35,789 nucleotides of DNA, taken from assembly GCA_041175645.1 (NCBI GenBank), contig JBEDEQ010000001.1:1-35789 (forward strand), read 5' to 3'. Shown here one piece after another: positions 9,835 to 18,513 of this stretch. The DNA is from Actinomycetota bacterium (lineage in GTDB: Bacteria; Actinomycetota; Actinomycetes; Actinomycetales; Microbacteriaceae). The notes beneath the pieces were generated by a model. That model saw nothing but the letters and a program-made list of their open reading frames with translations. It searched no databases and was not told the DNA's origin. Made by a program: the position numbers and the translations under genes. How positions within the stretch are numbered: position 1 is the first letter of the stretch; each line of letters begins with the position of its first letter.

Positions 9835-10425
9835 TTAAAAGTGCAGTACGTTACCGAGAACAAGCAGCAGAAGGCTAGCGCTCAACAGCGTGATGCCCAG
9901 CTTGTCGACGCTACCGCTGCGCTTGGCCGAGGCAATTGTTGCGGCTCGCTCAAACTCGACTCTTCGAGTTCGGGCAACGTGAGCAGCAGCGCCGGAATGA
10001 CTGTTGGGAAGGTCGCCGGGTCTGAGGCCGAAATCTCTGTCGTAGTTGATGCCTTTGACATCAGCCTTGTGAACAGTGCGTCGACGGTAACGTCCCGGAG
10101 CGGGGGCAGCCCACGCCACGACCTTGGCCTCACCGCTGTAGATAGTCAAACCAAATCGCGTTTCGATCTCATCGACTTCACCCCAGCCGACAGTTGCTGT
10201 GATGAAGGGGTTCACGATGGTGATGCCCTCATCGAAGATAAGAACCTTGGGCTTGATAAAAAGAAGCCAAACGAGGGTTGCTGTGGTGGCAATAACTCCA
10301 GCTTGAGCCATCCAGCTGCCGTCGCCGTAGAAAATCACTTGAACGACGAACAAGACATTTATGGCCAGAGCCAAAATCGAGAGAACGATGGCGGATCTAG
10401 GTCGAAACACATTCAGATTGGTCAC
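9835..10425 (-). CDS. Membrane protein with bacterial PH-like domain (bPH_6-like)
   Basis: Two N-terminal TM helices, then P.V...EGITIVNPF....V.W.EV..I pattern, C-terminal TM; GTG 10425 preferred because TGgCAGAAT lies 6 nt upstream; ORF-track alternative start 10449. Confidence 0.75.
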   Translation of the reverse strand: MTNLNVFRPRSAIVLSILALAINVLFVVQVIFYGDGSWMAQAGVIATTATLVWLLFIKPKVLIFDEGITIVNPFITATVGWGEVDEIETRFGLTIYSGEAKVVAWAAPAPGRYRRRTVHKADVKGINYDRDFGLRPGDLPNSHSGAAAHVARTRRVEFERAATIASAKRSGSVDKLGITLLSASLLLLVLGNVLHF

Positions 10426-10481
10426 CAGACCATTCTGCCATTGCTTCAAACAACTTCATCAGTAGAAGGAAAGTAGAGATC

Positions 10482-12134
10482 GTGACTCAAAACGTAGAGC
10501 CAATTCTCAAGGTCGAGAACTACAACGTAGAGTTCTGGGTTGATGGCGTCTGGTACCCGGCAGCCATTGACATGAACTACCACGTCATGCCTGGTGAGGT
10601 GTTGGCCATTGTTGGTGAATCTGGTTCTGGTAAGTCATCTTCTTCGATGGGCTTGATGGGTCTACTAGCCTCGAATGCACGCACCACCGGCAAGGTAATG
10701 GTGAAGGGTGTTGACATGCTCACGGCAAACAGCAAGACTCTGCGCAGCTACCGCGGTAAAGAAGTTGCCTACATTTTCCAAGAGCCGATGACAGCTCTAA
10801 ACCCGGTTTACACAATCGGTTTCCAAATCATCGAGACTCTGAAGACTCACTTCGACATCACTACTGCAGCTGCCCGCACCCGTGCGATTGAGCTGCTAAC
10901 TCTGGTCGAGATTCCGAACCCAGAGAAGTCCATCGACAAGTACCCTCACCAGCTATCCGGTGGTCAGCGCCAGCGCGCCATGATCGCGCAGTCTCTGGCT
11001 TGTGACCCGGCTCTGCTAATCGCGGATGAGCCAACTACAGCTCTTGACGTAACAGTTCAGGCTGAAATCATCGACCTGATGCGCAACCTCAAAGACAAGC
11101 TCAACTCGGCAGTTCTTTTGATCACGCACGACATGGGCGTTGTCGCCGACCTTGCCGACCGCATCCTCGTGATGAAAGATGGCTTTACCGTCGAGCAGGG
11201 CACTGCCGATCAGATCTTCAATGCGCCGCAACACCCATACACTCAGTCGCTTCTAGCTTCGGTGCCAAAACTTGGCTCAGTGCCAGTTCGCGCACGCGTA
11301 GCCGAGGGCAACGAGGCAGTCTTGAGCCTGCGCGATGTCACCATCGAGTACCCGAAGCGTGGTCGCGTACCAGCGTTCACCGCAGCCCACGGCATCTCGC
11401 TAGACATTTATCCTGGTGAAATTCTTGGCCTCGTAGGAGAGTCTGGTTCAGGTAAGACGACCATTGGTCGCGCTGCCATTGGTCTTCTGCCGATCAAAGC
11501 AGGAAGCATTTCGGTTGCCGGAAACGACATCAGCAAGGCCTCCCTAAAAGACCTTCAGAAGATTCGCAAGCACACCGGAATCGTCTTCCAAGACCCAGCA
11601 TCGTCGCTGAACCCGCGACTACCAATCGGTGAGTCGATTGGTGAGCCGTTGTTCTTGGCTAAGGTCGCCAAGGGTGACGAACTAAACAAGATGGTCGAAG
11701 AGCTGCTCGACAAGGTTGAGCTGCCTCGTTCTTACCGCAACCGCTACCCACACGAACTTTCGGGTGGTCAGCGTCAGCGCGTAGGTATCGCCCGTGCCTT
11801 GGCTCTGAACCCAGACATCCTAATCGCTGATGAGCCAACTTCGGCACTCGACGTTTCGATTCAGGCGCGATTCCTAGACCTGCTGCAAGAGATTCAGCAA
11901 GAGCTCAAGTTCGCGTGTTTGTTCATCAGCCACGACATCGCCGTTGTAGAAATCTTGGCGCACCGCATTGCGGTTATGCAGCACGGTCGACTTGTCGAGG
12001 TTGGTGACCGCGACCAGGTATTGCGTAACCCTAAAGACCCATACACGCAGCGCTTGCTTTCTGCAGTTCCTGTGCCAGACCCTGCTGAGCAGAAGCGTCG
12101 CCGCGAAGCTCGTATGGCTCTGCGCTCGAACTAA
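10482..12134 (+). CDS. Peptide ABC transporter ATP-binding protein with two ATPase domains (OppD/OppF fusion type)
   Basis: Two Walker A (GESGSGKS/T), two LSGGQRQR signatures, two IADEPT Walker B, HPYTQ/DPYTQ tails. Confidence 0.97.
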   Translation: MTQNVEPILKVENYNVEFWVDGVWYPAAIDMNYHVMPGEVLAIVGESGSGKSSSSMGLMGLLASNARTTGKVMVKGVDMLTANSKTLRSYRGKEVAYIFQEPMTALNPVYTIGFQIIETLKTHFDITTAAARTRAIELLTLVEIPNPEKSIDKYPHQLSGGQRQRAMIAQSLACDPALLIADEPTTALDVTVQAEIIDLMRNLKDKLNSAVLLITHDMGVVADLADRILVMKDGFTVEQGTADQIFNAPQHPYTQSLLASVPKLGSVPVRARVAEGNEAVLSLRDVTIEYPKRGRVPAFTAAHGISLDIYPGEILGLVGESGSGKTTIGRAAIGLLPIKAGSISVAGNDISKASLKDLQKIRKHTGIVFQDPASSLNPRLPIGESIGEPLFLAKVAKGDELNKMVEELLDKVELPRSYRNRYPHELSGGQRQRVGIARALALNPDILIADEPTSALDVSIQARFLDLLQEIQQELKFACLFISHDIAVVEILAHRIAVMQHGRLVEVGDRDQVLRNPKDPYTQRLLSAVPVPDPAEQKRRREARMALRSN

Positions 12135-12175
12135 GCAAAGTAACCTAGAACCAGTTGAATCAAACTGGAGACACC

Positions 12176-13930
12176 TTGAAGCGTTTATTGGCCTTAGTTC
12201 TTATTGCCGTGTTCGGCGGTACGTCACTTTCGGCTTGCAGCTCTGAACAAGGCGTAATCGCCGGCAGCCAACTCAGCATCGCTCAAATCGGTGAGTTGAA
12301 TTCGATTAACCCAGATGTCTCTAGCGATCTCACAACGGCTCACAATGCCAGCGAGTTGGCCAACCTGACGACAGCGAGGTTTTTTGACCTAGGGCCGACT
12401 GGTGAGCTAATTGCCAATGAAAAACTGGGAACTGTTGAGGTTTCAGACGCCAAGCAAATGCGTGTCACCTACACTTTGAACGACTCAGCGGTTTGGTCTG
12501 ACGGTGTTGAAATCGACGCGACCGACCTAGCACTATCTTTTGCCGCCGCTACCAGCCTCGGCAGTTCTAACTTTTACTCGGTTCGCCGAGACTCTGGCCT
12601 CCAGTTCGCAAATTTGGCCTCAACTCCAAAGGTTGGCGACAAGTCATTAACTCTCGAGTTCTCGTCAGCTGTGGCCGATTACCAGACCGCTCTCACACTC
12701 AGTGTTGCCGCTCATACGGTTGCCACCAAGGCCTTTGCAAGCTCAGACTCCACGGCGGCTAAGACAGCAGCATTGAATGCAATCTTGAATCAAGATGCGG
12801 TTGCTCTGGATGCTCTGGCTGAAAGCTACCGTTCTGGTTTCGATTCTTGGCAGGGCATCACCGATGAATCCTTGTTTGTGTCATCTGGCGCTTACCGAGT
12901 TGCCAAAGTTTCGGGAAAAACCTCGGTTGAGTTAGTCGCAAACTCCAACTACCAAAATGGACACTTGCCTCGGGTGCAAACACTGAAGCTCCAGTATTTT
13001 GCTGACGCGACTGCCGCCATCGCGGCGATGTCCTCTGGTCAGATTGACATCGCAACGGCTGAAGACTCCGGAATCGCATCGCTCGGTGACATTTTGGGCT
13101 TAGTTTCAACCATCGAATCTCCTAAAGTTTCATCGGTCGTCAAGTCGGGTGCAATGACCGAGCAGGTGATTTTCAATTTCAGAAGCACCAGCATTTTCTC
13201 GGTTGAGCGAAACAATCAAGATCCGGCCGCTGCGTTATCCGTTCGAAAGGCTTTCCTCAATCTGATTCCGAAGAACCGAATCATCACTGGTATTTCTCAA
13301 AACTATTCGGTGACCTCTTCGGATTCTTTGGTGTTCTCGAGTGGCATGAACTATTACGACTCGTCGGTGAGTGAAAACGGTCTCACCGAGTACCTGTTCC
13401 AAGACGTTGAGAAGGCTTCTGAACTAATGGCTGCGAGCGGTCTCGAGCTACCGCTCAAGGTGCGAGTGGTGTTTGACACCGATAACCCAAGAGCGCAGGC
13501 GGCCTGGATTCTGCTTCGTGAGAGAACGCTGTCGGCAGGCTTCAAGTTGAAAGACCTTAGCTCGCAAGACCCAACCCAGGTTCTAGCATCAGGTGATTTT
13601 GATGTTTACATCGGCGCGAGACCAGTCGTATCGCTACCGTCAGAAAATGTTTTCGCAATCACGTCCTCGGCAGTTTTCGGCTACACCAGCGACTTGGTAG
13701 ACGGTGCGCTCGAAGAACTCGCCCTGGCAGCAGACGAACGTGATAGGGGAGCGGCACTAGCCAAGCTAGACAAACTTTTGGTTGCAGATGCTTACGGCAT
13801 GCCGCTCTATGAGGTGCCATCACTTTTGGTCTACGCCGATCGAATCAAGGGTTTTGTGCCTTCCGCTTATGCCGATAGCGCCACCTGGGGCTACCAAAAC
13901 TGGGCAGTTGAACCGACTCCACAGGGCTAG
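12176..13930 (+). CDS. Second family-5 ABC substrate-binding lipoprotein
   Basis: ggag SD then TTG 12176; signal MKRLLALVLIAVFGGTSLSA-C lipobox; WSDGVEIDATD; GMPLYEVP; W...NW C-terminus. Confidence 0.88.
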   Translation: MKRLLALVLIAVFGGTSLSACSSEQGVIAGSQLSIAQIGELNSINPDVSSDLTTAHNASELANLTTARFFDLGPTGELIANEKLGTVEVSDAKQMRVTYTLNDSAVWSDGVEIDATDLALSFAAATSLGSSNFYSVRRDSGLQFANLASTPKVGDKSLTLEFSSAVADYQTALTLSVAAHTVATKAFASSDSTAAKTAALNAILNQDAVALDALAESYRSGFDSWQGITDESLFVSSGAYRVAKVSGKTSVELVANSNYQNGHLPRVQTLKLQYFADATAAIAAMSSGQIDIATAEDSGIASLGDILGLVSTIESPKVSSVVKSGAMTEQVIFNFRSTSIFSVERNNQDPAAALSVRKAFLNLIPKNRIITGISQNYSVTSSDSLVFSSGMNYYDSSVSENGLTEYLFQDVEKASELMAASGLELPLKVRVVFDTDNPRAQAAWILLRERTLSAGFKLKDLSSQDPTQVLASGDFDVYIGARPVVSLPSENVFAITSSAVFGYTSDLVDGALEELALAADERDRGAALAKLDKLLVADAYGMPLYEVPSLLVYADRIKGFVPSAYADSATWGYQNWAVEPTPQG

Positions 13931-13971
13931 TCATCCTGTAGTTTTCACGCCCAGCCAACTAAACTAGAAAC

Positions 13972-13997
13972 ACCGATGCGCATCTCGCTCGGTTTTT
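13972..13997 (+). terminator. Possible intrinsic terminator or leader hairpin between the binding-protein gene and typA
   Basis: accga(t)gcg-catct-cgctcggt followed by tttt. Confidence 0.4.
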
Positions 13998-14053
13998 CAT
14001 AAATCGCACGAATCTCTTTCGATTTGTCGCGTGCCATTAAGAGGATGTTTGTT

Positions 14054-15955
14054 ATGACTCTGGTTTCCAGAGAAGACCTTCGCAACGTTGCAATCGTTGC
14101 CCACGTAGACCACGGCAAGACCACTCTGGTCGATGCCATGCTTCGCCAGACCGGTTCGTTTAGCGACCACTCAAACATGGGAGAACGAGTCATGGACTCG
14201 GGCGACCTAGAGCGAGAAAAGGGCATCACGATTCTCGCGAAGAACACTGCGATTGCCTATAAGGGCGCCGCTTCGGGTGGAAAAGAAATCACTATCAACG
14301 TGATTGACACCCCGGGTCACGCCGACTTCGGTGGTGAGGTCGAGCGCGGCCTTTCTATGGTTGATGGAGTCGTTCTACTCGTTGACGCATCTGAAGGTCC
14401 GCTGCCTCAGACCCGTTTCGTGCTTCGAAAAGCGCTCGAGTCAAAGCTTCCAGTTATTTTGTTGGTAAACAAGACAGACCGTCCGGATGCTCGCATCGAT
14501 GAGGTTGTCGAGGAAACCCACGACCTACTTCTTGGTCTTGCCAGCGACCTACACGACTCGGTTCCAGATCTCGACATTGACTCGATCCTCGACCTTCCGG
14601 TTATTTATGCATCGGGTCGCGCCGGTCGCGCCAGCTTGAACAAGCCAGCCGACGGAACCCTGCCAGATGCAGAAGACCTAGAGCCGCTTTTTGGCGCAAT
14701 CCTCAAGTACATTCCTGCGCCGGTTTACGACAACGAGCACCCACTGCAGGCGCACGTCACGAACTTGGATGCTTCGCCATTCCTAGGTCGTCTAGCTCTT
14801 TTGCGTATTTTCAACGGTACGCTTCGCAAGGGCCAGCAAGTTGCCTGGGTTCGCGCCGATGGTTCGACTCAGAACGTGAAAATCACTGAGCTCCTTAAGA
14901 CCAAAGCGCTAGAGCGCTACCCAACTGACGAGGCCAACCCAGGCGACATTGTCGCTGTTGCCGGTATCGAAGAAATCACCATTGGTGAAACTCTCGCCGA
15001 CCCGAACGACATTCGCCCACTACCGATGATCACGGTCGACGACCCTGCGATTTCGATGACCATCGGAATCAACACATCGCCTATGGCTGGTCGCGTCAAG
15101 GGCGCAAAGGTCACCGCTCGTCTGGTCAAAGATCGTCTAGACAAAGAGCTAATCGGTAACGTTTCAATTCGTGTGCTTCCAACCGAGCGTCCAGACGCTT
15201 GGGAAGTCCAGGGACGTGGCGAGCTTGCGCTGGCCATTCTCGTCGAGCAGATGCGTCGCGAAGGGTACGAACTAACTGTTGGTAAGCCACAGGTAGTGAC
15301 CAAGAAAATCGACGGCAAGGTTCACGAGCCAGTTGAAGACTTGACCATCGATGTTCCCGAAGAGTTCCTCGGTGCAATCACGCAGCTTATGGCGGCTCGC
15401 AAGGGTCGAATGACGAACATGGTTAGCAACAACACCGGTTGGACTCGCATGGAGTTCCTGGTTCCTTCTCGTGGCCTGATCGGTTTTAGAACCGAGTTCT
15501 TGACCATCACAAAGGGCACCGGAATCGCCAACGCAATCTCGGCCGGTTATGACGCCTGGTTCGGTGAAATCGTCACGCGCAACAACGGCTCAATGGTGGC
15601 CGACCGCGCAGGTGTTGTCACCCCGTTCGCCATGATTGGCCTTCAGGAGCGCGGTTCGTTCTTCGTAGAGCCAACCAGCGAGGTTTATGCCGGAATGGTC
15701 GTGGGCGAGAACTCACGAGCCGACGACATGGAAGTCAACATCACTAAAGAGAAGAAGCTCACCAACATGCGTGCCGCTTCGTCTGACGAGTTCCAGTCGC
15801 TCACTCCGCCTCGCAAGCTGTCACTCGAAGAGTGTCTTGAGTTTGCTCGCGAAGACGAGTGTGTCGAGGTAACCCCAGAGGCTATCCGAATTCGCAAGGT
15901 AGAGCTAGACGCGAACGTTCGCGCGCGCCTCTACTCACAGCGCAAAAAGAGCTAA
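14054..15955 (+). CDS. typA: Translational GTPase TypA/BipA
   Basis: AHVDHGKTT, EREKGITI, DTPGHADFGGEVER, NKTD, GRGEL.L.IL.E.MRREG, VEVTPEAIRIRK; SD gagga before ATG 14054. Confidence 0.98.
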   Translation: MTLVSREDLRNVAIVAHVDHGKTTLVDAMLRQTGSFSDHSNMGERVMDSGDLEREKGITILAKNTAIAYKGAASGGKEITINVIDTPGHADFGGEVERGLSMVDGVVLLVDASEGPLPQTRFVLRKALESKLPVILLVNKTDRPDARIDEVVEETHDLLLGLASDLHDSVPDLDIDSILDLPVIYASGRAGRASLNKPADGTLPDAEDLEPLFGAILKYIPAPVYDNEHPLQAHVTNLDASPFLGRLALLRIFNGTLRKGQQVAWVRADGSTQNVKITELLKTKALERYPTDEANPGDIVAVAGIEEITIGETLADPNDIRPLPMITVDDPAISMTIGINTSPMAGRVKGAKVTARLVKDRLDKELIGNVSIRVLPTERPDAWEVQGRGELALAILVEQMRREGYELTVGKPQVVTKKIDGKVHEPVEDLTIDVPEEFLGAITQLMAARKGRMTNMVSNNTGWTRMEFLVPSRGLIGFRTEFLTITKGTGIANAISAGYDAWFGEIVTRNNGSMVADRAGVVTPFAMIGLQERGSFFVEPTSEVYAGMVVGENSRADDMEVNITKEKKLTNMRAASSDEFQSLTPPRKLSLEECLEFAREDECVEVTPEAIRIRKVELDANVRARLYSQRKKS

Positions 15956-15964
15956 CAAAGAGTC

Positions 15965-16005
15965 AAAAAATCCCCCGAAGCCTCTGCCTCGGGGGATTTT
16001 TCTTT
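15965..16005. terminator. Bidirectional intrinsic terminator between convergent typA and efeU
   Basis: aaaaaatcccccga...tcgggggatttttcttt: GC stem flanked by A and T tracts. Confidence 0.88.
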
Positions 16006-16020
16006 AGCGCCTCAATGCAG

Positions 16021-16866
16021 TTACTTGACCTCTGCGGTTGCACGCTTGGTGCGGTAGCCAAGAACGTAAATCAAGGTCACTGGAATTGTGTACAAGAACC
16101 AGACCAGCGCTTCGAGGTTTGATGGGGTCACTCTGAATGAGATTGTGCCCTTCAAGATGCTGTGCACCACTCCGTCTTTCTCGATGATGCCTGAAACGTC
16201 ATATGCGTTCGCAGTTAGCACAGGGAACGCCTGCTCAAGACCGGCGAAGATACCAACCTCTTGGAGCTCGTGAATGCCATAAGCCAGAATTCCGGCCGCA
16301 ACGATGATTAGGAATGCTCCCGTGTATTTGAAGAACGAAGACAGGTTGAACTTTAGTACGCCACGGTAGATGAGGTAGCCCATAACGGTTGCTACTAGAA
16401 GGCCGAGTGTTGCGCCAAGAATCGGGTGCGTCTCGTCACCAGTCGCCTTTGACGCACTCCACAGAAATACGGCGGTCTCAATTCCTTCACGGATGACTGC
16501 AAAGAAGGCCACGCCAACCAAGGTGATGGTTGAAGTTTCAAGTGCCTGGTCGATTTTGCCTCGAAGCTCCGCGCCGAGACTCTTCGCCTGCGAGGCCATC
16601 CAGAAGATCATCCAAGTGACAAAGCCCACTGCGACGATCGACATGGTGCCGGCGATGATTTCGTTTGTGCCCTCAGGTGCTTCGGTGACAACAAAGGTGA
16701 GTGCGAAGCCAACCAAAATCGACAAAGCCACGGCCGCGCCGACGCCTGTAAAAAGTTTCGGAAAGTCGCTACGTCGGCCAATTTTGACCAGGTAACCGGC
16801 CAAAATGCCTACAATTAGTGCGGCTTCAAGGCCTTCGCGGAGACCGATCAAGAAATTTGCGAGCAT
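16021..16866 (-). CDS. efeU: FTR1/EfeU family ferrous iron permease
   Basis: Two RExxE motifs (REGLE, REGIE), VTWMIFWM, AAGILAYGIHELQE, about 7 TM. Confidence 0.93.
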   Translation of the reverse strand: MLANFLIGLREGLEAALIVGILAGYLVKIGRRSDFPKLFTGVGAAVALSILVGFALTFVVTEAPEGTNEIIAGTMSIVAVGFVTWMIFWMASQAKSLGAELRGKIDQALETSTITLVGVAFFAVIREGIETAVFLWSASKATGDETHPILGATLGLLVATVMGYLIYRGVLKFNLSSFFKYTGAFLIIVAAGILAYGIHELQEVGIFAGLEQAFPVLTANAYDVSGIIEKDGVVHSILKGTISFRVTPSNLEALVWFLYTIPVTLIYVLGYRTKRATAEVK

Positions 16867-16883
16867 TTGGAGTCTTTCTTTCG

Positions 16884-16902
16884 TTTACTTAGGGTTACCT
16901 AA
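16884..16902. promoter_or_regulatory. IdeR/DtxR-like iron box 1
   Basis: tttacttagggttacctaa, 14/19 match to TTAGGTTAGGCTAACCTAA; directly upstream of an iron permease. Confidence 0.8.
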
Positions 16903-16911
16903 CAAAATCAT

Positions 16912-16930
16912 TTTAGTTAGGGTTACCTAA
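16912..16930. promoter_or_regulatory. IdeR/DtxR-like iron box 2, overlapping the putative efeU -10 (TAAAAT, minus strand, 16910-16915)
   Basis: tttagttagggttacctaa, 15/19 match to consensus. Confidence 0.82.
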
Positions 16931-17001
16931 CTTCGGCAAGTGTTTGCCCAAAAGTTGTGAAACGCGGACTACCGGCACTCGGCTGGAATATAGTTAGTTC
17001 T

Positions 17002-18132
17002 ATGTCCAAACCGTCATTCAAGCCGAAGCGCCTTCTGTTGGTGCACGCGCATCCAGATGACGAGAGCTTGTTCACCAGCCACGTGATTGCAAAAGCGATC
17101 AAGGATGGCGCTGAGGTTATGGTGTTAACGCTCACCCGCGGAGAGCGTGGACGCATGAAACTCGAAGAGCTCAAGGGGCTCGAGGGTAACCTATCTGCGG
17201 TCGGAGCTTTCCGTGCATCCGAGTTAAAGAATGCGCTGGCCGAACTCGGCGTGAAGCACCACAAGTTTGCTGGCACACGTGCTTACCTGGACTCCGGATT
17301 CAAGCTGAACCCTTGGGGTCGCGCCACCAAGCCCAAAGACCTAGACGAGATGGCTTTATCGGCTGTTTCAACTGCGGTGGTCAGCGAAGACATTTATCAG
17401 GTTCTGACACAGTTCAAGCCCGACTATCTGGTCACCTACAACCGCCGTGGCGGTTTTGGGCACCCAGACCACAAGCGAGCCAACGAAGCCTCGGCGATGG
17501 CATTGCGACGCTACGCCCGCGAACGTCGCGGACGTGCACCACAGTTTTGGGTTATTGCAGAGGGTAGAGAACGTTTCGACGTTGCCATTGGAGATGAAGA
17601 AACCGCAGCAGTAAAGAAGGCCGCACTAGCTGCACACGCCTCGCAAATTGCGGTTTTTAAAGAAACCTACTCAATCGTTTCTGGCAAAGAGATTCGCTAT
17701 GACCGACCAGAGCGACTAAGAAAGTCTTCAATCAGACCATTCCAATGGATTAAGCCTGTCGCCTTGGCACTTTGGGCGCTTCCGCTCGGTGTTCTGCTTA
17801 CCGTCGTGGGCACCATGCTTCACACCATCACTGCAGATGACACCGCATCTACACCGATTGGACTTTATGTAGCTCTAGGTATAACTGCGCTTCTTGCGTT
17901 GGCGCTTCGCCTGTTGCGTGAGAGTCGGGGAGCGCTCTATCTGATGACATTGACCTTGATCGGTTCACTGTTCTGGTTGAGCGATGAAAACAATGCAACC
18001 GGATTTGCGGTAGCTAAAAATGAACTAGGAACCTGGTGGTTCTTTGGTTCGATGGCAATCTGCGCTGTCGTAATGCTGTTTCCGAGAATGAGCTCGAGAA
18101 GCCTAAAACGCGGAACATCTGGGCACCGCTAA
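17002..18132 (+). CDS. PIG-L family (MshB-like) deacetylase fused to a C-terminal membrane domain
   Basis: VHAHPDDE, R..EL, DSG, GHPDH, K..AL.AHASQ; last ~125 aa contain about 4 TM; sits before fdxA-dapC as mshB does in actinobacteria; ATG 17002 is 7 nt after TATAGT. Confidence 0.85.
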   Translation: MSKPSFKPKRLLLVHAHPDDESLFTSHVIAKAIKDGAEVMVLTLTRGERGRMKLEELKGLEGNLSAVGAFRASELKNALAELGVKHHKFAGTRAYLDSGFKLNPWGRATKPKDLDEMALSAVSTAVVSEDIYQVLTQFKPDYLVTYNRRGGFGHPDHKRANEASAMALRRYARERRGRAPQFWVIAEGRERFDVAIGDEETAAVKKAALAAHASQIAVFKETYSIVSGKEIRYDRPERLRKSSIRPFQWIKPVALALWALPLGVLLTVVGTMLHTITADDTASTPIGLYVALGITALLALALRLLRESRGALYLMTLTLIGSLFWLSDENNATGFAVAKNELGTWWFFGSMAICAVVMLFPRMSSRSLKRGTSGHR

Positions 18133-18189
18133 CAGTTATTCACAGTCGGTCGGTGTTTTAATAGACCTAGTTTTTTGAGAGGACCATTC

Positions 18190-18510
18190 GTGACTTACGT
18201 AATCGCACTGCCGTGCGTTGATGTCAAAGACAAGGCATGTATCGAAGAGTGCCCGGTCGACTGCATCTACGAGGGCGACCGCATGCTCTACATTCACCCA
18301 GATGAGTGTGTTGACTGTGGCGCATGCGAACCGGTCTGCCCGGTTGAGGCCATCTATTACGAGGATGATCTACCAAACCAGTGGGCCGACTACTACAAGG
18401 CGAATGTTGAATTCTTTAGCGAGATTGGTTCACCTGGCGGCGCTGCCAAGGTTGGCAAAATTGATGCCGATCACGCAGTAGTTTCTGTTCTGCCCCCGCA
18501 GGGCGAATAG
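18190..18510 (+). CDS. fdxA: 7Fe ferredoxin
   Basis: MTYVIALPCVDVKDKACIEECPVDCIY and CVDCGACEPVCP; SD gagagga before GTG 18190. Confidence 0.96.
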   Translation: MTYVIALPCVDVKDKACIEECPVDCIYEGDRMLYIHPDECVDCGACEPVCPVEAIYYEDDLPNQWADYYKANVEFFSEIGSPGGAAKVGKIDADHAVVSVLPPQGE

Positions 18511-18513
18511 CCG

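Noticed and set aside
9841-10476. 211-aa plus-strand ORF filling the gap in the ABC cluster
   Set aside because: It overlaps the minus-strand PH-domain gene over its whole length, has no recognisable motif, and is out of frame with the ATPase; treated as a shadow ORF
13945-14247. 100-aa minus-strand ORF opposite typA
   Set aside because: Antisense shadow of the conserved GTPase G1 region
16884-16931. 20-bp direct repeat as a CRISPR remnant or telomere-like TTAGGG
   Set aside because: Only two copies with an 8-nt spacer and no cas genes; fully explained as IdeR/DtxR-like boxes
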